A model generated the notes under the pieces. The model did not search any database, was not told where the DNA came from, and saw only the letters and a list, made by a program, of their open reading frames with translations. Of a DNA stretch of 64,000 nt, positions 27,474-37,003 are shown piece by piece. The position numbers and the translations under genes are program-made. Origin of the DNA: Flavobacteriia bacterium (GTDB taxonomy: Bacteria > Bacteroidota > Bacteroidia > Flavobacteriales > Weeksellaceae); the NCBI GenBank assembly GCA_015999765.1, contig JAECQR010000010.1, forward strand, positions 3,048 through 67,047. Direction: 5' to 3'. Positions within the stretch are counted from its first letter, which is position 1. Every line of letters starts with the position of its first letter.

Positions 27474-28295
27474 TTAAGAATTTCTTCCGCCCCGGCTTCC
27501 GAAACCGCCTCTACGGCCGGATCCGCCACGTGCACTTCTTCCGTCGGAAGTAAACCTGCCCTGGCTGTCCCTCATTTGGTTAGTGTTTCCTCTTCCGCCA
27601 CCGCGGGAAGAACCACCACCCTGGCTTCCGCCTCTTAAAGAACTTCCTCCAGAGCGACCACTCTGTGAACCTCTGGAAGAACCTCCGCCGGAGCGTGATC
27701 TTCCGCTGCCAGTTGTGTACTGATTTCCGAAAAACGGATGTCCTTCGCGGGCACCTCTTCTGTCGCTTCCGCCACGGTTACTTCCCTGTGAGCCTCCTGA
27801 AGAATTTCCCCGGCCTCCTCTTGAAGATCCGCTGCCTGAGCCTGAAGATCTTGAAGAACCGCCCTGGTTTCCTCCTCTGGAAGAACCACCTCTTGAACCT
27901 GCCTGAGAACCTCCTCTAGAGCCGCTGCGTGAAGAACCTCCTCTGGAGCCTGACGAGCTGAATCTGCCCTGACTGTCCCGTCTTTGGTTACCGGTATTTC
28001 TTCTACCGTCGTCGTCATCATCATCGTCATCCTCTTCGTCATCATAATCGTCGTCGTTATCGTCATCATCGTCATCGTCATAATCATCATAGAATTCCTG
28101 ATAACTGTCTTCGTAGTCATCATCATAGTCTTCGTCGGCCTGGGCATCTGCATAACCGTCTTCGTAACCGTCTTCGTACGCCTGTTGGAAGATTTCTTCC
28201 AAGTCGAAATCTTCTTGCTGGTTTCTGCCTCTTGAGTTTCCTCTGCCGGAGGAAGAATTTGATCTTCCTGAGCCGGAATTTTGTCTTGTAGCCAT
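27474..28295 (-). CDS. Intrinsically disordered protein with Asp-rich block and Gly/Ser/Arg-rich block
   Basis: 273 aa; long D/E/Y tract then SSRGG repeats; RDSQGRF twice; GHPFFGNQY. Confidence 0.8.
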   Translation of the reverse strand: MATRQNSGSGRSNSSSGRGNSRGRNQQEDFDLEEIFQQAYEDGYEDGYADAQADEDYDDDYEDSYQEFYDDYDDDDDDDNDDDYDDEEDDDDDDDDGRRNTGNQRRDSQGRFSSSGSRGGSSRSGSRGGSQAGSRGGSSRGGNQGGSSRSSGSGSGSSRGGRGNSSGGSQGSNRGGSDRRGAREGHPFFGNQYTTGSGRSRSGGGSSRGSQSGRSGGSSLRGGSQGGGSSRGGGRGNTNQMRDSQGRFTSDGRSARGGSGRRGGFGSRGGRNS

Positions 28296-28330
28296 AATAA
28301 TAAATGTTTTTTGGTTGTATATTATGTTAA

Positions 28331-28344
28331 CTAAAACTATACCG
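28331..28344 (-). promoter_or_regulatory. Degenerate sigma-54-like motif upstream of the disordered protein
   Basis: Minus strand CGGTATAGTTTTAG, 35 nt upstream of the ATG. Confidence 0.35.
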
Positions 28345-28685
28345 ACATAAAATCTAAAACGTTAATTATCCGTTAATTAACAGTTAAAAAGTTATAAATT
28401 GATTTAACTTTTACTCCTTATTTATATATACGAAAAAGGGTGTTTTTAATGCTTTGAGTTGGCTGTAGAAACGATCGTTTTTATGACTAGATGTTAACGA
28501 TCGTATTCAGAAATTGAAGATTTAAGCGCAGGAAAATTCCCCGCGCGTTTTAAAGGTGAATTTTCGCTGAGTGAGAAGCAGTGGGGGTATAATTTAAGAG
28601 ATTTGCGGATGATGCATCAACCTTTTAAAAAGTGAAAAAGGTCGACTATTTCACTGTACGGACTACAAGAAATAAGAATGTTGGT

Positions 28686-29447
28686 TTAGTCAGGAATTTT
28701 AACACTTGACCAGTTTTCTCCGCTTTTAATCCGCCAGACCTGCATTTCTGAGATTCCGAACTGTTTTGCAATCTGTTTGGATGGTTTGTTCCGCCTCAAC
28801 AGCAGTTTGATGTGGATCACCTGGGTGGACGTGAGCTTCATTCCGTTTGCACGGGGTTTCGGATTGTATTTGCGCCATTTCTTTTCCTCAATAACCTTTG
28901 GGTTTTTGCTTTGATGGAGCGTATTTTCCTCCTGACTCATCCATCTTAGGTTGGTCACCGTATTGTCGAGCTTATTGTAATTAAGGTGCCCAACAATGGT
29001 CTGTTCCGGTTTTGGTGGCGGCAGAAAACAGGTGGCGACCAGCCGGTGAACCATAAAATGATGGTTAACAGTTCGTTTTTTCAGATTGCGGGCCAGTTTC
29101 TTACTCAGCTGCGCTTTCTTTTTTTCGATGTGATTTGTAGTAACTTCAATGCTTGCAGGAGTGCTGTGGTGCTGCTTTTTCAGTCTCCTGAGTTTATACA
29201 GTTCAGAGATTTCGGTCTTTAGTTCATCAAACAGGATCTGGTCTTTTTCATCTCTGGGTTTATAGAGTTTCAGCCGGATTACTTTGAAGCCTTCCGTAAG
29301 TGATCCGTTCAGAATGCGGCCATCAGAAACTTTATTAAAACTTCTGAAATTTCCAAGGTTAGAGATTTCAAAACGGGTCTTGTTGGTGAACTCAAAATCA
29401 AATTCTACCGCTTTCCACTGTTCTTTTAAAATTTTAGATTTAATCAT
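28686..29447 (-). CDS. NUMOD4 + HNH endonuclease-like protein with C-terminal HTH
   Basis: WKAV...FEISNLGNFRS (NUMOD4); VHRLVATCF...VGHLNYNKLDN..TNLRWMSQEEN (HNH_3-like); IAKQFGISEMQVWRIKSGENW. Confidence 0.8.
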   Translation of the reverse strand: MIKSKILKEQWKAVEFDFEFTNKTRFEISNLGNFRSFNKVSDGRILNGSLTEGFKVIRLKLYKPRDEKDQILFDELKTEISELYKLRRLKKQHHSTPASIEVTTNHIEKKKAQLSKKLARNLKKRTVNHHFMVHRLVATCFLPPPKPEQTIVGHLNYNKLDNTVTNLRWMSQEENTLHQSKNPKVIEEKKWRKYNPKPRANGMKLTSTQVIHIKLLLRRNKPSKQIAKQFGISEMQVWRIKSGENWSSVKIPD

Positions 29448-29488
29448 TGTAGTGTTTCAAAAAGGATTCAACAATAAAAACCGCCTCT

Positions 29489-30472
29489 TTAAAATGGCAG
29501 CGAGATCGATTCCGGGTCCACAAATTCCTGTGTATAAGGATTCTCTAGAAAACTTAGGAACGGCTTCTGGAATTTAATGATATCTTCCTTCTGTATTCCG
29601 TAAACCTGCCAGTAATTTGCGAGCAGCTGGGCAAAGAGATCCTGATCCCAAAATCCGAAAAGGGGCCGGCCGGCATTGGCAGTCATAGGCAAAGATTCTA
29701 TGGTAACAGAATTTGTTTCACTCTTAATTTTATATTCAGGTTTATACTGTAAAATGTAATCGGAATAATGGAATCTTGCATACAGTTCTTCAAACTGTAC
29801 GGGATGCAAAATGTGGCCTTTCATTTTCTCGAGAATTTCCTGTTGTTTTTCGCCAATTACACCGTTATCCTGTAAGCAGGCGATGTATCCGAAGCCATTA
29901 ACGCCAAATGAGAAGAGCAGATTCACGGCATCATCACGGTAGCTGAAGATGTCTGCAGAATATTTAAGCGGGAACACCGCGATACTCCATGGTTTTTTCC
30001 CAACAAAGGCGACCGGCTCCACAATCGACTGCAGCATAAGATGGAAATTCCCAAACCTTTCTCTAAGCATTGGCGAAAGGTTAAAATCCCTGCCCATCTT
30101 CAGCATTCTGTTGCTTTCGTACTGCATTTCGTAATAGAGTAATCCGTAAACCATTCTTCCGGTCCAGAGAAACAGAAGCTGCTCATCCAGCGCAGACATG
30201 CCTTCGTAGCCTTTATCGTAGGCTTCTTTAATTTTTACATCAAGTTCTTCAAAAGCTTTTTTTACGCGGGGTGTGCAGGGAAGATGAAGATCTGCATAGA
30301 CATAGGTTTTAGACTTATCCATCATTTCAATACGGTCGGTATCAAATTTAAAATGCTGCATCAGCCACTTCGGGAAAACCGTCATTTTTTCGGTCGTGAG
30401 TTCTCCGGTAAGAAAGCAGAACTGTTCACCGAAAATTAAATCTTCAAAAGGGTTAAAAAGCGTAAGTGCCAT
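29489..30472 (-). CDS. Hypothetical protein (degenerate HNH-like N-terminus)
   Basis: 327-aa ORF; CFLTGE...VFPKWL resembles CxxCG...EHVxPxWL without the His or second Cys. Confidence 0.7.
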   Translation of the reverse strand: MALTLFNPFEDLIFGEQFCFLTGELTTEKMTVFPKWLMQHFKFDTDRIEMMDKSKTYVYADLHLPCTPRVKKAFEELDVKIKEAYDKGYEGMSALDEQLLFLWTGRMVYGLLYYEMQYESNRMLKMGRDFNLSPMLRERFGNFHLMLQSIVEPVAFVGKKPWSIAVFPLKYSADIFSYRDDAVNLLFSFGVNGFGYIACLQDNGVIGEKQQEILEKMKGHILHPVQFEELYARFHYSDYILQYKPEYKIKSETNSVTIESLPMTANAGRPLFGFWDQDLFAQLLANYWQVYGIQKEDIIKFQKPFLSFLENPYTQEFVDPESISLPF

Positions 30473-30507
30473 AAAAAAGTGAGGGCTATATTTATTAAAC
30501 GGAAATG

Positions 30508-30515
30508 CAAAGATA
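30508..30515 (-). promoter_or_regulatory. -7 element TAnnTTTG
   Basis: Minus strand TATCTTTG upstream of ATG 30472. Confidence 0.55.
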
Positions 30516-30636
30516 ATGATTAACGCTGACCTGATTTTCAGACTGCAAAAAAAATATCTTCGGTTGACACCTGTAATTGCTGCGTTAAGTTTTCTTAAAG
30601 ATGGGCTTTACATTTCGGTTTGCAGATTGTTTGATG

Positions 30637-30644
30637 TATTTTTG
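30637..30644 (+). promoter_or_regulatory. -7 element TAnnTTTG for dedA
   Basis: TATTTTTG; supports the start at 30670. Confidence 0.55.
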
Positions 30645-30669
30645 CGGGCCAATAAATTTATTTGAAACT

Positions 30670-31347
30670 ATGGAGTTTGTACAAACTGTTCTCGATTTTT
30701 TTCTGAACCTCGATCAGCACCTTTTTACGATGATCGTGGATTATGGAGTGTGGATTTACCTCATTCTTTTCCTCATTATTTTTGTGGAAACCGGCCTGGT
30801 CGTAATGCCGTTTCTGCCAGGTGACTCACTGCTTTTTGCAGCCGGAACCTTTTGTGCGGGAGTGATTGGTGCATCTGGAGAAACTGCCCACCTTAATCTG
30901 TGGCTGATTCTGGGATTACTTACGGTAGCAGCAATTTTGGGTGACACCCTTAATTATGCGCTTGGTAAAAACATCGGACTGAAAATTCTGAACTGGAAAA
31001 TAGGAGAAAAGCAACTTGTAAACCCGAAATATATCGCGCAGACTCAGGAATTTTATGAAAAGAATGGTCCGAAAACCATCATTGTTGCACGGTTTGTTCC
31101 TATTGTCCGGACTTTTGCGCCGTTTGTTGCAGGGATTGGCTCCATGAACTATTCGACATTTATTAAATATAATGTGATTGGCGGCCTGGTTTGGGTATTC
31201 AGTTTGACCCTGTTGGGTTATTTCTTCGGGAATATGCCTATTGTACAGGAAAATTTTGAAACGGTAATCTTCGGAATTATCGGAATTTCAATCCTTCCAA
31301 TGGTTTGGGAATTTATAAATGCTAAATTTCTGAAGAAAAAAGATTAA
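30670..31347 (+). CDS. dedA: DedA family (VTT domain) membrane protein
   Basis: IIFVETGLVVMPFLPGDSLLFAAG, ARFVPIVRTFAPFVAG. Confidence 0.93.
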   Translation: MEFVQTVLDFFLNLDQHLFTMIVDYGVWIYLILFLIIFVETGLVVMPFLPGDSLLFAAGTFCAGVIGASGETAHLNLWLILGLLTVAAILGDTLNYALGKNIGLKILNWKIGEKQLVNPKYIAQTQEFYEKNGPKTIIVARFVPIVRTFAPFVAGIGSMNYSTFIKYNVIGGLVWVFSLTLLGYFFGNMPIVQENFETVIFGIIGISILPMVWEFINAKFLKKKD

Positions 31348-31368
31348 GACCCTGAACAGAATAAAAAC

Positions 31369-31400
31369 AAAAAGCCTTCTCTAAAAAAGAAGGCTTTTTT
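31369..31400. terminator. Bidirectional terminator between dedA and the tRNA
   Basis: AAAAAGCCTTCT-N7-AGAAGGCTTTTT. Confidence 0.75.
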
Positions 31401-31402
31401 TG

Positions 31403-31484
31403 TGCCCGGAACAGGACTCGAACCTGCAAGCTTGTGGGCACCCGCACCTGAAACGAGCGTGTCTACCAATTTCACCATCCGGGC
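31403..31484 (-). tRNA. tRNA-Leu (CAG), CCA not encoded
   Basis: GCCCGGATGGTGAAATTGGTAGACACG-CTCGT-TT-CAG-GT-GCGGG...GGTTCGAGTCC-TGT-TCCGGGCA; long variable arm; TATATTTG promoter at 31501-31494. Confidence 0.93.
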
Positions 31485-31649
31485 AGTGAGGTGCAAATAT
31501 ACAAATTCAGGTTTTATATCCTAATAGCTGTGCATATATTTTCTCGAACAGTCTGCAGTTATAAATTGGTGAAATCGATCATCTAAATCATTCAGAAAAG
31601 GGTTTAACAGGCGGATTGCTTACCTTTGTATCTCAAAATATTTAGCATT

Positions 31650-32363
31650 ATGAACTTAAAAGGAAAAAATGCCATTGTAACAGGTGGCGGAAGAGGTCTT
31701 GGTAAAGCCGTAGCAATTGCCCTGGCAAATGAAGGAGTAAATATAGGCCTTACAGGAAGAAATGAAGAAAATCTTAAAAGTACCACTGAAGAATTAAAAG
31801 GTCTTGGTGTAAAGGCTGCTTATTCAGCTTTCAGTATGGATGATGAACAAGCTGTTCAGGTAGGTATTTCAGCACTGGCTAGTAAACTGGGCGGAATTGA
31901 TATTCTCATCAACAATGCCGGAATTGGTGATTTCGGGTCGATTGCAGAAATGCCATCGGAAACTTGGGAACAGGTGATAAAAACTAATCTTTTTGGGGTG
32001 TACTACGCTGCAAAAGCAGCTTATCCGTTTCTGAAGGAGAAAGGGGAAGGCGATATCGTGAACGTAGCTTCAACAGCAGGATTGAAAGGTGGCCCGAATA
32101 TGTCGGCTTACGCCGCATCTAAAGCTGCGGTAGTTTCCCTGTCTCAATCCATGATGGCGGAATGGAGAAAGCAAAACATCAGGGTAATTACGCTAACTCC
32201 GAGTACAATCGCTTCTGATATGTCCATCCAGGGCGGACTTACGGATGGTAATCCTGATAAAGTGCTTCAGCCGGAAGATTTTGCAGAATGGGTGAGGGAT
32301 ATCCTGAAGATGAACAGAAGAGCAATGATTGCGAACGGTTCAATTTTTTCAACCAATCCATAG
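31650..32363 (+). CDS. 3-ketoacyl-ACP reductase-like SDR
   Basis: TGGGRGLG, NNAG, YAASK; start moved to ATG 31650. Confidence 0.9.
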   Translation: MNLKGKNAIVTGGGRGLGKAVAIALANEGVNIGLTGRNEENLKSTTEELKGLGVKAAYSAFSMDDEQAVQVGISALASKLGGIDILINNAGIGDFGSIAEMPSETWEQVIKTNLFGVYYAAKAAYPFLKEKGEGDIVNVASTAGLKGGPNMSAYAASKAAVVSLSQSMMAEWRKQNIRVITLTPSTIASDMSIQGGLTDGNPDKVLQPEDFAEWVRDILKMNRRAMIANGSIFSTNP

Positions 32364-32398
32364 TCTGTTTATTTAAACAGTACATTTTATAAAATCAT

Positions 32399-32432
32399 AA
32401 AACCGTGTTGGAAATCTACCAGCACGGTTTTT
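32399..32432 (+). terminator. Rho-independent terminator
   Basis: AAAACCGTGTTGG-N7-CCAGCACGGTTTTTT. Confidence 0.75.
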
Positions 32433-32611
32433 TACTTTGTTAAGGAGCTTTAAAATGATTCTGGTGATTGATATAAATAGCAATGAACTGGATCAGTAAT
32501 TTTGTTTCTGAGCCTCAGTAAATTGAGCGCTTCTGAAGATTCAGTATTCCTGATTAAACTTCAGTCCTGGTTAAAAATTATTATGTTAAACAATGTTAAA
32601 TCGCCGATAGA

Positions 32612-32625
32612 TGGCACCGTTATTG
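32612..32625 (+). promoter_or_regulatory. Sigma-54-like -24/-12 promoter
   Basis: TGGCACCGTTATTG, about 50 nt upstream of ATG 32678. Confidence 0.6.
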
Positions 32626-32677
32626 AATTTTACCAAAAACCTTAAACAAAATATTAACTTAAAATTTTTTTACTATT

Positions 32678-33217
32678 ATGGAAAATTCAAATTACAAACC
32701 AGAATTCAGAAACGATTATGTATCAAGAGTATTCAGAACCAGAGAAGAGGCCGACAGTGCTTTCGAGGATCTGCACGGTAGAGGATATTCTAAAGATGAT
32801 GTAAACGTAATGATGTCCGACAGTACACGTGACCGTTATTTTACAAACAGTGATGCAGATTCTGAATTAGGAGATAAAGTAGCTGAAAATGCCGGAAAGG
32901 GATCATTAATCGGTGGTGGAATCGGTGCAGTAGTGGGTGCAGTAGCCGCAATTGGTTCTAATGTTTTATTACCTGGATTAGGTTTGGTAATTGCAGGACC
33001 TTTAGCAGCCGGATTGGCAGGAGCCGGTGCCGGAGCTGCAACAGGAGGACTTGTTGGCGCATTAACCGGAACGGGTGTTCCTGAAGATGAAGCAAGAAGA
33101 TACGAAGACGAAATTAAGAACGGTGGAATCTATATGGGCTACAAACCAAGAAACGAAGAAGATGCCCGCACAACTTATGACAGATGGTATAATGACGATA
33201 CAGAATCAAGACTGTAA
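32678..33217 (+). CDS. General stress protein with glycine-zipper (YflT/YsnF-like)
   Basis: VFRTREEADSAFEDLHGRGY..DDVNVMM; GGGIGAVVGAVAAIG...GPLAAGLAGAG; GVPEDEARRYE. Confidence 0.8.
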   Translation: MENSNYKPEFRNDYVSRVFRTREEADSAFEDLHGRGYSKDDVNVMMSDSTRDRYFTNSDADSELGDKVAENAGKGSLIGGGIGAVVGAVAAIGSNVLLPGLGLVIAGPLAAGLAGAGAGAATGGLVGALTGTGVPEDEARRYEDEIKNGGIYMGYKPRNEEDARTTYDRWYNDDTESRL

Positions 33218-33239
33218 TCATTTGTTTTCATAAAAATTA

Positions 33240-33271
33240 AAAAAGTACATTGCTGATGCAGTGTACTTTTT
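33240..33271. terminator. Bidirectional terminator
   Basis: AAAAAGTACATTGC-TGAT-GCAGTGTACTTTTT between convergent genes. Confidence 0.75.
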
Positions 33272-33324
33272 TATTGATGAGTTAATAACTGTGATCAGGA
33301 TCGCGCTATTAACTGTAATTACGA

Positions 33325-33825
33325 TTAATGTCCGGCGTTCCCGTCGATGCCGTGCGCATGACCATGAGCCAGTTCCTCTTCGGTTGCGGGACGGGTTGCT
33401 ACAACTTCGATATCGAAATGAAGAGTTTTTCCTGCCATTGGATGATTCAGATCTACGGTTACCGCTTCCGGAGTCACTTCCAGAACAATGGCGTTTATAT
33501 GATTTCCTTCCGGATCCTGTAAAGGTAAAATTGCGCCAACCGGCGGCATTCCAGACTGTTCAAACATCGCAGCAGGCAATTGCGTAGTGGCATCTTCCTG
33601 CTTTTCGCCGTAGCCTTCCTCGGCAGTAATGGTAAATGATTTCTGTTCGCCAGCGCTCATTCCGTGAAGTTCCTCTTCGAATCTAGGAAGCATCATTCCC
33701 ACTCCGTAAAGAAAAGTAAAAGGATTGTCAGCATCCGTTTTTTCGATAAATGATTTTTCTCCGTTTGCTTCCAGAGCGTTCAGCGTGTAATGCACCGCTA
33801 CTACGTGATTTTTTTCTATAGTCAT
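33325..33825 (-). CDS. slyD: FKBP-type peptidyl-prolyl isomerase
   Basis: VVAVHYTL, EEGYGE, VDLNHPMAGKTLHF, His-rich tail HGHAHG; start moved to MTIEK 33825; TACCTTTG promoter at 33909-33902. Confidence 0.9.
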   Translation of the reverse strand: MTIEKNHVVAVHYTLNALEANGEKSFIEKTDADNPFTFLYGVGMMLPRFEEELHGMSAGEQKSFTITAEEGYGEKQEDATTQLPAAMFEQSGMPPVGAILPLQDPEGNHINAIVLEVTPEAVTVDLNHPMAGKTLHFDIEVVATRPATEEELAHGHAHGIDGNAGH

Positions 33826-33954
33826 ATGATTGAGGTTGTGAGGAATCTTAATGCATCCTCTAATTAAAGTTGGTTTTTTAAGTAGGTAAGCCAATCTTTC
33901 GCAAAGGTAAGATTTTGAAAATAATGCTGTGGATTTATAAAATGGTTTAAGTTT

Positions 33955-36069
33955 TTATTCCGCCGTCAGTTCTGCTAAAAAATTTTCAGAAAGTCTCAGC
34001 ACGCCTTCATTAAGTTGATCCGGATGTTCGCTAAATCCTTTAAGTTTTGATGACTTCCCTTTTATGATCACATCATGAATCTGTTTTTCAGTGATTTTTT
34101 TTCCGAAAAGGATGTAGGGCACTTTGAAACCGCAGCCTTTGAAATTCGTACAGCCAACTGCAGTTTTTCCTTTCATCAGTTTGTTTTCCCGGCATTTCGG
34201 GCAGGTTTCATTTTCCCAAACAAGTGCAGCAGTTTTTCTTACCGGTTTTTCTTTTTCTGCGGGCACCGATTCATCTTTAAATGATATGATTTTTGGTTTC
34301 TCATTGATGACTTTTCGGGTAAGTTCTGTGACCATGGTTACGAGTTCGTCTTTAAACTGATTGGCTTCGTACTCGCCGCGCTCAATTTTTCTGAGTTTGA
34401 ATTCCCACTCTCCTGTAAGTTCAGGGCTTTTGAGCAGTTCGTCGTTAATGGTATCAATGAGTTCGACGCCGGTGGTTGTTGCCAGTATATTTTTCTTTTT
34501 CCTTTCGATATATTTCCTTTTGAAGAGCGTTTCAATAATATTTGCACGGGTTGAAGGTCTGCCGATTCCATTATTTTTCATCATTTCCCGCAGTTCTTCA
34601 TCATCCACCTGTTTCCCGGCAGTTTCCATGGCACGGAGCAGGGTAGCTTCGGTATAAGGCTTTGGCGGACTGGTTTTTCCCTGATGAATCAAGGGTTTGT
34701 GTGGTCCTTTTTCACCTGCTTTAAATTCCGGAATGGTTTGCTCCTCGTCTTTATCTTTTTTTTCGGAATCACTTTTCTTATCGGTCGCATAAACTTCGCG
34801 CCAGCCGGCTTCCAGAATCTGTTTGCCGCAAGCTTTAAACGGAATGGTTCCGACCTGACCTTCCACCAAGGTATTGGAAATCTTACATTCAGGATAGAAA
34901 ACAGCGATGAAACGCTTAGCCACCAGATCATAAATAAGCTTTTCTTCTTTTGATAAGCTTGATGAAGGAGGGATTTCCGTCGGAATAATCGCGTGGTGAT
35001 CGGTTACCTTTGAATCATCAAAAACCGATTTTAATTTCGGTATTGCCTGCGCGAGCAACGGTGCGGTAAACTGTGCGTAAAAATTCATCGAACGAAGTAT
35101 TCCTTCAATTTTGGGATGTAGATTTTCCGAAAGGTAAGTAGTGTCTACACGCGGATACGTCGTATGTTTTTTCTCGTAGAGACTTTGGATATATTTAAGT
35201 GTATTTTCTGCAGAATAGCCGTATTTCCGGTTGGCTTCAACCTGAAGCGCTGTTAAATCAAAAAGTCTTGGATTCTTTTCTTTTCCTTCTTTAATTTCAA
35301 AAGCGATAATTTCAAATTCATGCTGTTTCAGATACTCCAGGCCTTTTTCTGCTTTTTCTTTGGTCTTCAACCGGTCAATTGCCGCAGTAAAAAGCACCTC
35401 GCGGTATTTGGTTTTCAGTTCCCAATATTCTTCCGTGTTAAAGGCGTGTATTTCTTTCTGCCGCTGCACAATCATGGCAAGGGTAGGAGTCTGCACGCGC
35501 CCAATGGAAAGCACCCCTTTGTTTCCTCCGAATTTGCGGGTAAAAAGCCGGGTGGCATTAATCCCAAGCAGCCAGTCTCCAATAGCTCTGGCGTTTCCTG
35601 CCAGATACAGATTTCGGTAATTTTCTGCAGGTTTCAGATTCGCAAAACCTTCGCGGATCGCGTCTTCTGTAAGGGAAGAGATCCAGAGTCTCTTCATGGG
35701 TTTTTTACACTTTGCTTTCTGAAGTACCCAGCGCTGTATCAGTTCACCTTCCTGGCCGGCATCACCACAGTTAATGACTTCCGCACATTCATCCACTAAT
35801 TTTTCAATCGTTTTAAACTGCTTTTCAACGCCCGCATTCGGAATGAGCTTGATGCCGAAATTTTGCGGAATAATTGGCAGAAAAATCAGATCCCATGATT
35901 TGTAATGCGGGCTGTAATCGTGAGGTTCCTTCAGTGTACAGAGATGCCCGAAAGTCCAGGTTACCCAAAAACCGTTACCCTCGAAATAGCCTTGTTTAGG
36001 CATGTTGGCGCCCAAAACTTTAGCAATATCTCTGGCAACACTTGGTTTTTCGGCAATACATAATTTCAT
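33955..36069 (-). CDS. topB: DNA topoisomerase III (type IA)
   Basis: IAEKPSVA, WTFGHL, DAGQEGELI, IGRVQTPTL, TYPRVD, GIGRPSTRA. Confidence 0.95.
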   Translation of the reverse strand: MKLCIAEKPSVARDIAKVLGANMPKQGYFEGNGFWVTWTFGHLCTLKEPHDYSPHYKSWDLIFLPIIPQNFGIKLIPNAGVEKQFKTIEKLVDECAEVINCGDAGQEGELIQRWVLQKAKCKKPMKRLWISSLTEDAIREGFANLKPAENYRNLYLAGNARAIGDWLLGINATRLFTRKFGGNKGVLSIGRVQTPTLAMIVQRQKEIHAFNTEEYWELKTKYREVLFTAAIDRLKTKEKAEKGLEYLKQHEFEIIAFEIKEGKEKNPRLFDLTALQVEANRKYGYSAENTLKYIQSLYEKKHTTYPRVDTTYLSENLHPKIEGILRSMNFYAQFTAPLLAQAIPKLKSVFDDSKVTDHHAIIPTEIPPSSSLSKEEKLIYDLVAKRFIAVFYPECKISNTLVEGQVGTIPFKACGKQILEAGWREVYATDKKSDSEKKDKDEEQTIPEFKAGEKGPHKPLIHQGKTSPPKPYTEATLLRAMETAGKQVDDEELREMMKNNGIGRPSTRANIIETLFKRKYIERKKKNILATTTGVELIDTINDELLKSPELTGEWEFKLRKIERGEYEANQFKDELVTMVTELTRKVINEKPKIISFKDESVPAEKEKPVRKTAALVWENETCPKCRENKLMKGKTAVGCTNFKGCGFKVPYILFGKKITEKQIHDVIIKGKSSKLKGFSEHPDQLNEGVLRLSENFLAELTAE

Positions 36070-36288
36070 GGTACAACTTCATTTTTAGGACGGGCTGCAA
36101 ATTACCGTAATTTTTCTGAAAAAAAGTTTTTTAAATCCGAAGAAGAATATTCCTGACTGTTTTTGTCTTCAGTTAAAATAATTCCGGAAGCAGTTTATCG
36201 GTTTGAAAATGTGATCATTAAATATTTATTTCAGCTTATTAATCACTAACTTTATCTTAAGTTTCGACATTCAATAATACCTCAGAAT

Positions 36289-36987
36289 ATGAAAGAAAGC
36301 TATATCAGCAATAAGAAAATTTGCGAAGGAGAAGAAATCAAAGGACAGGACATCCGGACCGGAGTTTTTAATCTGATTCACAAAGAACATCCGGGTCTTT
36401 CTAAAGATCACTTTATTTCATTAGGTGAACTGAACCGTTACCGGCGGCTTTATCTCACTTCATTAATCACTGAGGAAAAAGGAGAACTTGCGGTTATCGA
36501 TCTTGATGTGATGGATGCGATTAAAAACAATTCCATTCTTTCGGAAAATATTAAGGATGATCTCGACGCGGAATTGACAGTGAGTGAAAAGCTGGCCGAC
36601 CGTGTTGCGATGTTCGGCGGAAGCTGGCGGTTTATTATTACTTTTTTTGCATTTATCATACTATGGATGCTTGCCAATATCTGGATTTTAGCTGCAAAAC
36701 CTTTAGATCCGTTTCCTTTTATTCTGCTTAATCTCATTCTGTCGTGCATCGCGGCGATACAGGCTCCAATCATCATGATGAGCCAAAACCGCCAGGAACA
36801 GAAAGACAGAATTCGCGGTGAACACGATTATAAAATCAATCTGAAAGCCGAACTCGAAATTAAGTTGCTGAGCGAGAAAATTGACCATCTGCTCGTGAAT
36901 CAGAATAAAAAGCTCCTCGAAATACAGGAAGTGCAGACAGATTATCTGGAAGATCTGATGAAAATTATCCGGAACAGAAATATCTAA
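36289..36987 (+). CDS. DUF1003 domain membrane protein
   Basis: LADRVAMFGGSW, DPFPFILLNL, IQAPIIMMSQNRQ. Confidence 0.92.
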   Translation: MKESYISNKKICEGEEIKGQDIRTGVFNLIHKEHPGLSKDHFISLGELNRYRRLYLTSLITEEKGELAVIDLDVMDAIKNNSILSENIKDDLDAELTVSEKLADRVAMFGGSWRFIITFFAFIILWMLANIWILAAKPLDPFPFILLNLILSCIAAIQAPIIMMSQNRQEQKDRIRGEHDYKINLKAELEIKLLSEKIDHLLVNQNKKLLEIQEVQTDYLEDLMKIIRNRNI

Positions 36988-37003
36988 TCCTGAAAAATCT
37001 TTT

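Noticed and set aside
27635-28235. Alternate-frame ORFs rich in M/T or I/V over the disordered gene
   Set aside because: By-products of GAT/GAC and GGN repeats. Only the D/G/S/R frame has a proper AT-rich leader and conserved-looking motifs.
31403-31484. tRNA-Leu as a possible island integration site
   Set aside because: No integrase, no duplicate of the tRNA 3' end seen in the window, and both flanks are ordinary genes.
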